Origin: a virus
Virus record (IMG/VR): IMGVR_UViG_3300033273_000392
Location: 1-64,000 of that record
Reading direction: 5' to 3' (one strand)
Length of the DNA stretch: 64,000 nt
Every line of letters starts with the position of its first letter. Position 1 is the stretch's first letter. The translations under genes were made by a program, and so were the position numbers. A model generated the notes under the pieces. It was given only the letters and a program-made list of their open reading frames with translations. It had not been told where the DNA came from and made no database searches. Positions 9,805 through 19,150 of the stretch are shown here, in pieces.

Positions 9805-11015
9805 GCTTCCATAGACTGAAGCTTCTTTTTAGCGTCAGCTTCTTTTTTCTTTAGTTCCGCAATATCCTCCTTTCTATCTTCTATGTCCTTTTCAATCTTT
9901 TGAATAACATCATCAGATCCTTTTCCTGTACCTTTATCTCTTTTAGCTTGTTCTAAATCAGACTCTAACTTCTTAAGCTCCTTTCTTTCAGTTTCAATAT
10001 TATCGTTATATGCCTTAATATCAGACTCTAACTCAGCTACAGGATCAGACTCTTCCTTAGGTTCTTCCTTAGGTTCTTCCTTAGGCTCGTCTTTTGGTGC
10101 ATCTTCTCCTTTTAGATTAGATATCTTAGAGTCTAATCCGTCTATTTGTTTTTGTATAACTTCTTTTTCTTCATCGTCAGCGTCTTTTAGATCTTTCTCT
10201 AACTTAGACTTACTTTCTTCTGCGTTCTTTATCTGCTCTTCCTTTGGTGTATTTTTAAGAGCTTCAGCAGCTTCGGCCTCTTTTTCTTTAGCCTCTTGCT
10301 CTTCTTTAGAAAGCATCTCCTGATATTTTTTTACGCTATTTTCTAACTCTTCAGCCTCTTTTTCAGATAGCTTTCCTTCTAGCTTTATTTTAGCAACCTT
10401 AACTCTGGTTTCTGCTTTTAAAATAGACAATATCTTTTGTTGTCCTTCATCTGTAAACGCTTCGTCAAGGGTAGATTCTACTTCTTCAGCGTCTTTTATA
10501 AGTTGTTCTTTCTTTTTCTCATATGCTGCTATCTTTGACTTCATAGCATCTCTCTTCTCCTTTTCAACGTCGTATAGAGATATCTCAGAAAGAGCTTTAT
10601 CTATTTTAGCAGCCGTTATTCTGCTTTTTTCAGCAGGGGCATACATCTTCTTTAGCTTTTTCTTCTTTAAAAACTTTTTAAGTAGATAAACCATTCCTCC
10701 GGCTGCTGCAATAGTTCCACCAAGTGCTAACATAGGAAGAGCTGAAAGATCAGCTGCCAAAACCGTAGCTACTACAGACTCGTTAAGGTCTTCAGATTCG
10801 TTAGTAGAATCATCTGACTCTAGATTATCAACAAGGTCATTTAAGTTTGCTATTATAGCATCAATATCAGTTGAAATATCTTTAGATATAGATGCTACGT
10901 CACCAGTAGACGCTGGAGTAGCCTCCGGAGCTTGTGCTTGTGCACTCTCAGTAGAAGCGGCTCTTGAATCATTAAAAGATTCAAACATCATTAGTTTCTT
11001 ATTTAATCTAATCAT
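9801..11015 (-). CDS. Putative internal head protein with a hydrophobic segment and long coiled coil
   Basis: N-terminal LMMFESFN motif, hydrophobic stretch after LNE, K/E-rich coiled coil, late motif upstream. Confidence 0.55.
   Translation of the reverse strand: MIRLNKKLMMFESFNDSRAASTESAQAQAPEATPASTGDVASISKDISTDIDAIIANLNDLVDNLESDDSTNESEDLNESVVATVLAADLSALPMLALGGTIAAAGGMVYLLKKFLKKKKLKKMYAPAEKSRITAAKIDKALSEISLYDVEKEKRDAMKSKIAAYEKKKEQLIKDAEEVESTLDEAFTDEGQQKILSILKAETRVKVAKIKLEGKLSEKEAEELENSVKKYQEMLSKEEQEAKEKEAEAAEALKNTPKEEQIKNAEESKSKLEKDLKDADDEEKEVIQKQIDGLDSKISNLKGEDAPKDEPKEEPKEEPKEESDPVAELESDIKAYNDNIETERKELKKLESDLEQAKRDKGTGKGSDDVIQKIEKDIEDRKEDIAELKKKEADAKKKLQSMEA
10051..10097 (-). repeat. 12-bp tandem repeat encoding (P)KEE/EPKE
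   Basis: tcttccttaggt repeated about 3 times plus a degenerate copy; protein reads PKDEPKEEPKEEPKEE. Confidence 0.8.
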
Positions 11016-11033
11016 AACTATGTCTATGTTTCT

Positions 11034-11747
11034 TTATATATCTGTGGGTTTAAAATAAGATTGATTTTCTGGCATGTGACATATTACGTAACCTCCCATT
11101 TTACAGAACATGTTACTTTCCCTTCTTATTCTTGTTAGATAGCTTTTATATGCCTCTGCATGAGAATTCCATGGTTTAGATTTATTTGGAATTAATGCCA
11201 TTGCTGATTTTACAAAACGAGTATCTTCTCCTCTCTCTAAACTATCCTCCCATTTGACTTTTCCACAGATAGATTTTTTATGACTTATTTGCCATGTTGC
11301 CACCCCACCGTCTTGTATTTCATTTAAAATACCATCCTCGTATCTAATCATTCTTAAATAATCTATAATAACATCGCTATTTTTTATAAACTTATTGATT
11401 AAAGAAAGTCTATAATCAAGCAGATAGTCATCACTATCTAGATATGTTATAGTATCATGTAATGATGCATCTATCCCCATTTGTCTAGCCTCGCCAGGAT
11501 ATCCATTAGACCTTGATTCTTTCTCTATAAGTCTTATATTATCTACGTCCTTAAAATGCTCATTATAAGCTTCAATAGTAAGCTGACATGCATCCGAAAT
11601 TATAATAAGCTCGCAAAGTTCTTTAGGATAATCTTGATCTATAAATGATTTAACAGCCCTTATAAACTTAGGTACTGGATTAGATCTAGACATTTCATAA
11701 TTGCCTAGATAGCTTGGCATGATAACTGATATTCCTTCTTGCACCAT
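11034..11747 (-). CDS. GT2-family (GT-A) glycosyltransferase
   Basis: ISVIMPSY, ELIIISD, ARQMG, YLDSDD (DxD), GED. Start moved to ATG 11747 (MVQEG), downstream of the late motif. Confidence 0.88.
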   Translation of the reverse strand: MVQEGISVIMPSYLGNYEMSRSNPVPKFIRAVKSFIDQDYPKELCELIIISDACQLTIEAYNEHFKDVDNIRLIEKESRSNGYPGEARQMGIDASLHDTITYLDSDDYLLDYRLSLINKFIKNSDVIIDYLRMIRYEDGILNEIQDGGVATWQISHKKSICGKVKWEDSLERGEDTRFVKSAMALIPNKSKPWNSHAEAYKSYLTRIRRESNMFCKMGGYVICHMPENQSYFKPTDI

Positions 11748-11760
11748 ATCTCTATATATC

Positions 11761-11789
11761 AAAAAAGGGACCCCTGAAGGGTCCCTTTC
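11761..11789 (-). terminator. Intrinsic terminator after the major capsid gene
   Basis: AAAGGGACCC-TTCAG-GGGTCCCTTT hairpin followed by a T-run on the minus strand. Confidence 0.9.
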
Positions 11790-11813
11790 TATAATGTTTC
11801 TAATCTAATTAGA

Positions 11814-13286
11814 TTATAGCTCTAGTCCGTAAACATTGAACTTCTCGTACTGAGTCTGTGGGTGGAAACCAGCCTCAACTAGTGCGTAGCGAGACTTAAC
11901 AGCTACCTTAGGAGCCATTGTTCCCTCAGCAATAGTCTGTACAGATTCAGCCATTAGGTATGGCATGAATACTAGACCTGGACCGTTACCGTCACCCTTA
12001 CGACCAACTAGAACCTCGTGAGTTTCAATAGCAGCTGTAGCAGTTGAAGAGTCGTGGTCAGTTAGAGTACCGTTGAATGGCATTAGAGGATCAGTGTAAA
12101 CATTGATACCAGCAACAGATCCAACTGGGTAGATTGCACCTGCAACCTGGTTGAATGTGTTAGCCATTGGGTTTGGTACGAAACCAGCAACACCCTGTAG
12201 AGCTGAAGCAACCTTAGCGTCAACGACTGCGAAGTTACCAGCACCTCTTCTACCTCTGTTAGCGATTAGGTTAGCAGCGGCTAAGATGTTAGTCAAGATT
12301 CTTCTGTGCTCGTCACCTCTAGTGTTACCACCAGAACCTCCGTCTAGAGTGATAGCAGCAATACCGCTTCCTGCTAGGCTTCTCATAGAAGAAAGGATAT
12401 GAGCGTTGATAGACTGAGTCAACTCGTTAGTTAATACAGCTTCAACCTGAGCAACAGCGTCAACGCCGAATTGCTTTAGGTCCTGAACCTGCTCACGAGT
12501 AACAGCAGCTGCAACCTGGAAAGTTTCAGCAGCAACAGACTTGCTGAATAGGCTCATGCCCATTACTTTGTCTGCAGTTCTTTCACCAGCTTCTCTGCTG
12601 AATGGAGTACCATTAGCATTACCAGAGAAACCTGGGATATGGTCCTCAAGAGCCTTAACTAGCTCAACTGAACCAGCATCAGCACCTGCATCCTCTAAGT
12701 CAGCAGCAACAGTAGCGTTAGAATCGTCAATAGTACCAACCTTGTAGATCTGCTTACCGTCGATTCTAGAATTACCAACGTAAGTGTAGTCGCCGTGAGT
12801 ACCATTATTTGCAGAGATATTACCTGCAGTAGCGCCTGAAGCCTTAACGTAAGTTGGGGTTTCAGAACGAGTGTCAGGTGATAGAGCACCTACAGTACCA
12901 CCTTCGTAAGTGAAGTCTAGGTAAGAAAGTAGACCCATTGGACCAGCCATAGGAACTACAGGAACTAGGTCTAGACCGATAGTTTGAGCTGCAACCTGCA
13001 TAGCCAATGGCAATAGGGTTGGAGCCTTGTCACCAGAACCTAGTGCACCACTACCGTCGCCAGTTGCAAGTGCAGACTGAGCTGGGAAAGATACAGCACC
13101 CATACCGGTTAGGTTCATAGGACCTGGGTTGTCAGACAAGGACATGATATTCGCGTCCTCGTAAAGCTTGTGATTGTGGCAGTATTCGCTCATCCAAGCC
13201 AATTTGTTAGAATCAGTGATACCAGTAGCCTCCTCAATGATTGGGCTCCAAGTGTTTCTGATTTCCGCTTCGTTAATTCTGTTCAT
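11814..13286 (-). CDS. Major capsid protein (gp23-like)
   Basis: W-x-PI, DLVPVVPMAGPMG, QDLK, GRRGAGNF, FMPY, SRYA motifs; strongly biased codon usage. Likely start is ATG 13286 (MNRINEAE). Confidence 0.95.
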   Translation of the reverse strand: MNRINEAEIRNTWSPIIEEATGITDSNKLAWMSEYCHNHKLYEDANIMSLSDNPGPMNLTGMGAVSFPAQSALATGDGSGALGSGDKAPTLLPLAMQVAAQTIGLDLVPVVPMAGPMGLLSYLDFTYEGGTVGALSPDTRSETPTYVKASGATAGNISANNGTHGDYTYVGNSRIDGKQIYKVGTIDDSNATVAADLEDAGADAGSVELVKALEDHIPGFSGNANGTPFSREAGERTADKVMGMSLFSKSVAAETFQVAAAVTREQVQDLKQFGVDAVAQVEAVLTNELTQSINAHILSSMRSLAGSGIAAITLDGGSGGNTRGDEHRRILTNILAAANLIANRGRRGAGNFAVVDAKVASALQGVAGFVPNPMANTFNQVAGAIYPVGSVAGINVYTDPLMPFNGTLTDHDSSTATAAIETHEVLVGRKGDGNGPGLVFMPYLMAESVQTIAEGTMAPKVAVKSRYALVEAGFHPQTQYEKFNVYGLEL

Positions 13287-13370
13287 TTTGAATTTTTTAT
13301 TTTTTTTAGCGGGGTTTAATTTCGACATTGTCTGGGCTTTCTGCTTCTTTCGCCCTATCGTCGATGTATA

Positions 13371-15269
13371 TTACTTTTTAAATCTCTTTTTAAACTGTTC
13401 AGCGTAGCTAGAGACATCGTACATTGGCTTCTCTTCCTGAGTCTTAGACTCATTAACCATTGCAAGTTTCTCCATGTTCTTAGACTCCTCTCTCATGTCT
13501 CTAGTCTGCCAGAAGTTTCTCACCTGATATTCAGTGTTTAACTTATGGTACTTAGACTGAGCTAAGATCTGGTTTTGCTTAGCTTCAGAAAGTGCTTCCC
13601 ACTTCTCCTTGTACTCTTCTGGCATTGCCTCTAGTACGAATGGTTGTGCATTTCTGTTTTCAACGATTAGCTGAGAAGACTCGATTAGAGAAACGATCTG
13701 TGCCTCTGTCATGAATCCTCTAGCAGAAACGTGCTTTCTAACTTCAGTCTTAGCGTCCTCGTTAAGCTCGTTGTACTTAGACTGAGTGTCTTTAGAAACA
13801 ACTCTGAAGAAAGATGGGCTCTCGTTTTCTCTTGCCTGAGCCTTTTCGGTTAGCGCACCAAGCTTAGCGCTAATATCGTTCTTGTAAGACTCTAGTGGAT
13901 CGTGAGCAGCATCTTTACCGTCAGTAGTTGGTGCAGTTGCAGTTCCAGACTTAGTCTCGTCCTCAACTTCAGCATCGTCCTTCTTCAATTCAGAATCTAG
14001 GTCTTCAGCCTCTTCACCTGCATCTTCACCTTCAACGCTTCCCTCTTTAGAGTTGTCACCAACTGCTTCTGGGTTTGCGTCTTCTTTTTCCTGTGATGCG
14101 CCTTCATCTTCAACCTCTTCAACTACCAAGCTTTCGTTGATAGATTCAGCGATGTATTCAGCATATTCTGCAACAGACTCTAGGCTTTCCTTTAGATATG
14201 CAGTATACTCTACTATATTGCTAACTTCTTCTAGACCTTCGTTCTGCGACTCAGCAAGGTAGTTTGAGTACTCCTTAACCTTGTTAACAGACTCTGCCAA
14301 GTGCTCAGCATATTGAATAGACTGGTCTAGCTTCTCAGCCAAGTGCTCAGAGTACTGGATAGACTGATCTGTTTTTTCTGCGATATGCTCTGCATATTGA
14401 ATCGCGTTATCTGTACCCTCAGCAACATACTCAGTGTACTGGATGTTTTGGTCTAACTTCTCTGCTAAATAGCTTGAGTAGCTTGCCAGATTATTTACGT
14501 TCTCTACGATGTGGTCGTTATGAGCAACTACGTTGCTTACCATTTCTTCTAGAGACGCAAGTTTTTCTGAAGCCTCAGAATCAGACTTCATCCCTTCAAC
14601 GCTGTCTTTAATAGACTTGATTTGCTCAGCTAGATACTGAGTGTACTTGTTGAAGTCATTTGTATTAACAAATTCTTCCATATTTTCGCTTGGTTTTATT
14701 TCGTTTGATTTTGTTTCATTACTATTTATCTCATAGATAAAAAGGTTATCATCGTTAGAGAATCCGTAAGACTCATTAACTCTTGATAGTTCCGCATTTT
14801 CAAATCCAGGATCTGCGACTAGATCGTATGTAAACAGTTGCTTAATCTTAACTTTACCGTTAGACTCAACTGTACCAGCAGCTCTTGAAGAGATCTGCAA
14901 TGGAACTCCAGCGTCAACTAGGGCCTTAGCCTGTCTTCCAGCATCTGTATCTAATAATCTGATTCTTCCTCTAACCTGCTTACTGTCCTTATCGTAGTAT
15001 AATTCTTCTACGATATGAGAAACATTTTTTAAAGAAACATCAAACTGCTGAGGGTGATCTAGCTCACCAAGAAGCTTAGAAGACTTAATCTTCTTTTGGA
15101 GCGACTCGATCTGAGGAAGATACTCTGCCTCAGTGTAGATACGATTATTTTTATTCTTGGAATCAATCTCTCCAAAAATACCCTCTAAAACGTAGTCTTT
15201 AGTCTCACCAGAAATGGCAAGGCTACCAGACGAACGTTCTACGATTAGTAAATCCTTTTGATTTATCAT
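13371..15269 (-). CDS. Prohead protease (gp21-like) fused to scaffold/core protein
   Basis: LEGIF, NKNNRIY, GELDHP, SH, ISSRAAG, DLVADP, followed by an acidic helical domain with 14-aa repeats. Confidence 0.92.
   Translation of the reverse strand: MINQKDLLIVERSSGSLAISGETKDYVLEGIFGEIDSKNKNNRIYTEAEYLPQIESLQKKIKSSKLLGELDHPQQFDVSLKNVSHIVEELYYDKDSKQVRGRIRLLDTDAGRQAKALVDAGVPLQISSRAAGTVESNGKVKIKQLFTYDLVADPGFENAELSRVNESYGFSNDDNLFIYEINSNETKSNEIKPSENMEEFVNTNDFNKYTQYLAEQIKSIKDSVEGMKSDSEASEKLASLEEMVSNVVAHNDHIVENVNNLASYSSYLAEKLDQNIQYTEYVAEGTDNAIQYAEHIAEKTDQSIQYSEHLAEKLDQSIQYAEHLAESVNKVKEYSNYLAESQNEGLEEVSNIVEYTAYLKESLESVAEYAEYIAESINESLVVEEVEDEGASQEKEDANPEAVGDNSKEGSVEGEDAGEEAEDLDSELKKDDAEVEDETKSGTATAPTTDGKDAAHDPLESYKNDISAKLGALTEKAQARENESPSFFRVVSKDTQSKYNELNEDAKTEVRKHVSARGFMTEAQIVSLIESSQLIVENRNAQPFVLEAMPEEYKEKWEALSEAKQNQILAQSKYHKLNTEYQVRNFWQTRDMREESKNMEKLAMVNESKTQEEKPMYDVSSYAEQFKKRFKK
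14135..14490 (-). repeat. About 8 copies of a 14-aa repeat in the scaffold domain
   Basis: YLAEKLDQNIQYTE / YVAEGTDNAIQYAE / HIAEKTDQSIQYSE / HLAEKLDQSIQYAE / HLAESVNKVKEYSN ... Confidence 0.9.
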
Positions 15270-15335
15270 TATTTGGGTCTATATTTTTACTATATATCTT
15301 GCTTAAACTATCAAATGTTCTAGAAATTAGACATC

Positions 15336-15671
15336 TTAAATGCCTAGGCCTCCGGCGTCATCACCACCCTCTTCTTCCTTCTCTACTTCTTTCTCCTTCT
15401 CGGCCGCTTCTGCTCTATAATCATTATATGCTTTCTTGATAGCTGACATTGATTCTATAGAGAAAGAACCCTCTCCATACTTGTCATAGAAGTACTGTTC
15501 AATTTCTTTTTCAGTTTCAGAAGAAATAATAGCTCCAAGTATTTCTTGAGCCGATATCTTTTTGCCCTTAACAGTAATTACCGAATCTACTTCAACTTTA
15601 GACTCCTCTCCTGCAAGAACTGAATCCCTTGCTTCACTTAGAAACTGTTCAAATAACCTTAAGTACTTCAT
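15336..15671 (-). CDS. Small putative internal head/prohead core protein
   Basis: Start MKYLRLFEQFLSE at 15671 with an ATGA overlap; lies between portal and protease like T4 gp67/68. Confidence 0.65.
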   Translation of the reverse strand: MKYLRLFEQFLSEARDSVLAGEESKVEVDSVITVKGKKISAQEILGAIISSETEKEIEQYFYDKYGEGSFSIESMSAIKKAYNDYRAEAAEKEKEVEKEEEGGDDAGGLGI

Positions 15672-15928
15672 TTTACTCTGTATTCTTTTTTCAACCAATT
15701 GGTCCACTCTCTAGTGTCCCAATCTGTTTGATCCATTGGATGCACCTCCCAATAGCCATTATAGATTTCTTTCATAACTTCTGGATCTAATTCCATTTCA
15801 TCGGCTAGATCCATAAAGCTATCCTCGTCATAATACTCCATGCTATTAACTAGGATATCGATAAGGCGAATTACAGTTGGAGACGCCTTTTCATTTAAAA
15901 AGTTTTCGAATTGCTTAATGTGTTTCAT
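15668..15928 (-). CDS. Small putative internal head protein
   Basis: N-terminus MKHIKQFENFLNE is like the T4 capsid-targeting sequence. Confidence 0.65.
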   Translation of the reverse strand: MKHIKQFENFLNEKASPTVIRLIDILVNSMEYYDEDSFMDLADEMELDPEVMKEIYNGYWEVHPMDQTDWDTREWTNWLKKEYRVK

Positions 15929-15943
15929 ATCTTAATTTATAAT

Positions 15944-16003
15944 TTAGACTGAGTGCCATGGTTTAATCCAATACTCCCATATTATTTGTTTTACCTTTTT
16001 CAT
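15944..16003 (-). CDS. 19-aa micropeptide MKKVKQIIWEYWIKPWHSV
   Basis: ATG 1 nt after the portal stop; open to TAA at 15944; fills the intergenic gap. Confidence 0.4.
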   Translation of the reverse strand: MKKVKQIIWEYWIKPWHSV

Positions 16004-16004
16004 T

Positions 16005-17597
16005 TTACATTGCCATAGGATCTTCTGGCTCCGGAGCTTCAGCATCATCCTTATTAGACTTAGCCTTAGCAGCGTCGTTAGCCGCAATATCATCTGGTGT
16101 AAGATTTAGATATCTCTTCACCAAGAAGTCCATATCGAAGTAGTATTCTTCTTCCATTGTCTCCTGGTTTGTTGTCATCAAGCTGTCTCTCATAGATCCG
16201 ATAAACTCAAGTCTACGCTCCATAATCTCCATGTTCTTCAATTCAGCAAACGCATTCTCCTCATTGAATCGAAGAGCAACCTGTGTTTTAAACTGCGGAT
16301 CATCTGCAAACTCAGGGTACTTCAAGCACATCTGAATGTATAATGGCTTAACAAGAATCTCCTGGAAGACACTTCTAATTCTATTGATAAACTTACTGAA
16401 CTTGATTTCATCACGAATCATACCATCAGCAGCCAAGTTAAAGTCGCCACCACCATCTTCATACAAGAATCTATTGTAAGGAATCTTTGAAACGTGCTTT
16501 AACTTATCAGAGAAATACTTTAGTGCTTCAACGTCAGATAGATCTGGTCCGTCACCTCCTAGAGTTTCAATTTCTGGAGTTTCACCGTCCTTAGATGGCA
16601 ACCAGTACTCCTTGTTAAACTGAAGCATAGGACGTCCATCTGTTGATAGGTTTCCAGATTCCCAATCGAAATCAACAGTCTCTTTATATGAGTTCATAAG
16701 TTGAGCCAATGACTGCTTAGCACGAGTCTTTGACTTACCACCAACTGGAATAATAAACTTCATTCTGAATGAGGAGTTAGTCACAGCCCAGATAACTCTA
16801 GTGTGCTCCATAATTCTTAGAAGGTTAAACGCTCTTATAAGTCTTTCAACATAAGATACTCTAGAAGCAGTAGTAACCGAAGAATACGATAGGTAGATTA
16901 TTTGTGAGTCATATAGTTTTCTCTCCTTTACAGGATCGTCCTTAAATTGAACCCATACCTTTTTACCATCATCGTGGTTATATCCTGGAATAAGTGTAAC
17001 TGGATCTAGCTCCTTAAAACCTATAATCTCCTTTTGGTCTGGGCTATAGATAATCTCAAACGCTAGATATCCATCAATCAAAAACTTTCTATAAAAGAAC
17101 CAAGCTGATTGATCTGAATTAAATCCAAAATAGTGATAGATTTGGTTAAAATATCTTACAAGGTCCTTCTCGACCTTTTCAGAAACATCCATACCTAAAA
17201 TTTCAGGTCTACAAAAGAAGTTCTTTTCATCATATGAAATACTTTCATCACATAGAATATCTAGAATGTCTTCAATCTCATCATGTAGTGAAAATGATCT
17301 TAGATCTTCTCTCTTTGCCTGATAATCCATATCGAAGAACGGGATGTTCTTCCTCATTTGAGTGTCTGTCATAGACAAAGCGGCAAACGCCGAATAGATG
17401 TCATCGTTATCGACACCAAACGGATTCATCTGACCATATCCAATATGATCCTCCATCGGACCGATGGCCTGAGACTGCCTTAGTATTAAGTCGTCATATC
17501 TCATACCAAAAGAAGACAACGTCTTTAAAGCATCACTTAGCCTAAATGGTCGTCTTCCGGTACTTAGTGGACCGTTTCTTTCTGTAAATCCTGCCAT
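16005..17597 (-). CDS. Portal protein (gp20-like)
   Basis: F-x-IDG, SYVERLIRAFNLLRIME, YWLP..G..EIETLGG, IRDEIKFSKFINR. Confidence 0.96.
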   Translation of the reverse strand: MAGFTERNGPLSTGRRPFRLSDALKTLSSFGMRYDDLILRQSQAIGPMEDHIGYGQMNPFGVDNDDIYSAFAALSMTDTQMRKNIPFFDMDYQAKREDLRSFSLHDEIEDILDILCDESISYDEKNFFCRPEILGMDVSEKVEKDLVRYFNQIYHYFGFNSDQSAWFFYRKFLIDGYLAFEIIYSPDQKEIIGFKELDPVTLIPGYNHDDGKKVWVQFKDDPVKERKLYDSQIIYLSYSSVTTASRVSYVERLIRAFNLLRIMEHTRVIWAVTNSSFRMKFIIPVGGKSKTRAKQSLAQLMNSYKETVDFDWESGNLSTDGRPMLQFNKEYWLPSKDGETPEIETLGGDGPDLSDVEALKYFSDKLKHVSKIPYNRFLYEDGGGDFNLAADGMIRDEIKFSKFINRIRSVFQEILVKPLYIQMCLKYPEFADDPQFKTQVALRFNEENAFAELKNMEIMERRLEFIGSMRDSLMTTNQETMEEEYYFDMDFLVKRYLNLTPDDIAANDAAKAKSNKDDAEAPEPEDPMAM

Positions 17598-17628
17598 TTT
17601 TGTTTTATACTATTCAGGTTTATATATC

Positions 17629-18234
17629 TTACTTACGTAGATGGTTTCTAAACTGCGCTCTAATAGCTCCAACTGATGTTCCATTCAGATCTATAAAGTC
17701 ACATAATGCGATTCTTGGCCAGTTCTCATATGAAACCACGGCTTGATCTTTTTTCCTAGTAGGAATATATTGTCTTAACGCAAAATCAAATCCAAATCTT
17801 TCTAAAAATGATTTAGCTCCTTCGTATGTTAAAGAAATATGTCCCTGTATCTTTGCATTATCTGACTTATTGCCAGATGTTTGATTTTTAATTCTTCCCT
17901 CTAATCGGTCATAAACAAAATCAAGTAACTCTTCTTTAACGTTTGTTGGTAAAAGATTTAGATTTATGCCAAAGTCATTACTATCTACTGGATCTAATGC
18001 TAATACAACTGGATTTTGATCCCACCATGGAAGAGTCTTAATTCCAACTGGGGTTTCGTATCTAAAAACATAAATCTTACCTGGTAAAAATCTAGAACTT
18101 GTCTTAGCAACTGCACTCTCCCGTAGATTTCTTTTAGAGATTACAAACCAATCCTCTGCCTCCTTTCTGGCAAGCTTTTTTCCCCTTGCTGACTTACTTA
18201 GCTCTGATATTTGCTTTTTAACATAACCCATCAC
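17629..18234 (-). CDS. DNA end protector (gp2-like)
   Basis: PGKIYVFRY, LPWWDQNPVVL, GINLNLLP, RQY motifs. Confidence 0.8.
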   Translation of the reverse strand: MMGYVKKQISELSKSARGKKLARKEAEDWFVISKRNLRESAVAKTSSRFLPGKIYVFRYETPVGIKTLPWWDQNPVVLALDPVDSNDFGINLNLLPTNVKEELLDFVYDRLEGRIKNQTSGNKSDNAKIQGHISLTYEGAKSFLERFGFDFALRQYIPTRKKDQAVVSYENWPRIALCDFIDLNGTSVGAIRAQFRNHLRK

Positions 18235-18704
18235 TTAAGACTATTTTCAGTAAGTACGATGAATCTCCATCCTCTCTCCTCGGCCCACTGTTTGGCATAA
18301 GCGTACTTGTTTCTGTTCTTTATGTATTGCTCTGCAAGAAACTTATATGACTTAAGAGCCTTCTTAGAATTCTTTTTTGGAGGTTCTGGCTTTCTAATCT
18401 GAGCCTCTGGCTTTATCTCTACAAGATATTCTTCAAAGACTTCACCCTTTTTAACCTTCATATAAAAGTCTGGATAATACTTATGCTCCTTATTGTCAAG
18501 AGAGGACCAGTACTTTATCTCAACTGGTTCGCTTGACCATATTACAACCTCTTCCTTTGTATCGCACATTATCATAAACTTCCTCTCCCATGATGATCTA
18601 TAGATTATAGGAGTCTTGCCCTTGTACTTATCTGGGTTCTTAGGATTAAAGTAACCCTGTACAAAGCCTGAGTTTTTAGTTGGCTTTACATTCTTTATAG
18701 ACAT
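18231..18704 (-). CDS. Head completion nuclease (gp4-like, TnsA-type PD-(D/E)xK)
   Basis: PKNPDKYKG, IYRSSWE, WSSE, YYPDF, EIKP, F-x-VLTE. Confidence 0.93.
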   Translation of the reverse strand: MSIKNVKPTKNSGFVQGYFNPKNPDKYKGKTPIIYRSSWERKFMIMCDTKEEVVIWSSEPVEIKYWSSLDNKEHKYYPDFYMKVKKGEVFEEYLVEIKPEAQIRKPEPPKKNSKKALKSYKFLAEQYIKNRNKYAYAKQWAEERGWRFIVLTENSLK

Positions 18705-19075
18705 TATATGTTAAAGATGCCACCTTCGCCGTGTGCTGAAGAAGACCTATCGATAGAGAGGGTGTCCTTATATTTTTGAGGATGAAGTTTGTTCCAGCCT
18801 TTGGCATACCCACGCTTAGCGATTTCTGTAAAATATGCAAATGCATTAGTGTACTGTGGGTTAAAGTTCTTCCAGTACTTCAGTAAATCTAAAATAGCGA
18901 ATTGAAGACAATCCAATCTGTCGTCTTCATTTACATAGCTAAGCTTTCTAATAGCTCTCTCAGCTAGCATTACAAGCATCTTCTCTGCTTTAGGAGTTAG
19001 CTTATCTTGTTCTTTAGACGCTACTATCTCTGCATATAGATCCTTATTGTTTAGGTAGTTCTTCTTTCTTGCCAC
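18704..19075 (-). CDS. Late sigma factor (gp55-like)
   Basis: NYLNNKDL, KYWKNFNP, NAFAYFT motifs; GTG start. Confidence 0.88.
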   Translation of the reverse strand: MARKKNYLNNKDLYAEIVASKEQDKLTPKAEKMLVMLAERAIRKLSYVNEDDRLDCLQFAILDLLKYWKNFNPQYTNAFAYFTEIAKRGYAKGWNKLHPQKYKDTLSIDRSSSAHGEGGIFNI

Positions 19076-19099
19076 AATTATGTTCTTTTAATTTATACG

Positions 19100-19130
19100 A
19101 AAAAAAGGCCGATTGTTTATCGACCTTTTT
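19100..19130 (-). terminator. Intrinsic terminator overlapping a middle-type promoter
   Basis: AAAAAGGTCGAT-AAACA-ATCGGCCTTTTTTT on the minus strand (one G-U pair). Confidence 0.75.
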
Positions 19131-19150
19131 AACAAAGACTTTTTAAGTTC

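Noticed and set aside
14135-14490. 42-bp periodic DNA as a CRISPR array
   Set aside because: It is an in-frame protein repeat with synonymous variation, no unique spacers and no cas genes.
18231-18704. TnsA-like nuclease as part of a Tn7 transposon
   Set aside because: Motifs and position (next to gp2 and portal) match T4 gp4; no TnsB/C or transposon ends.
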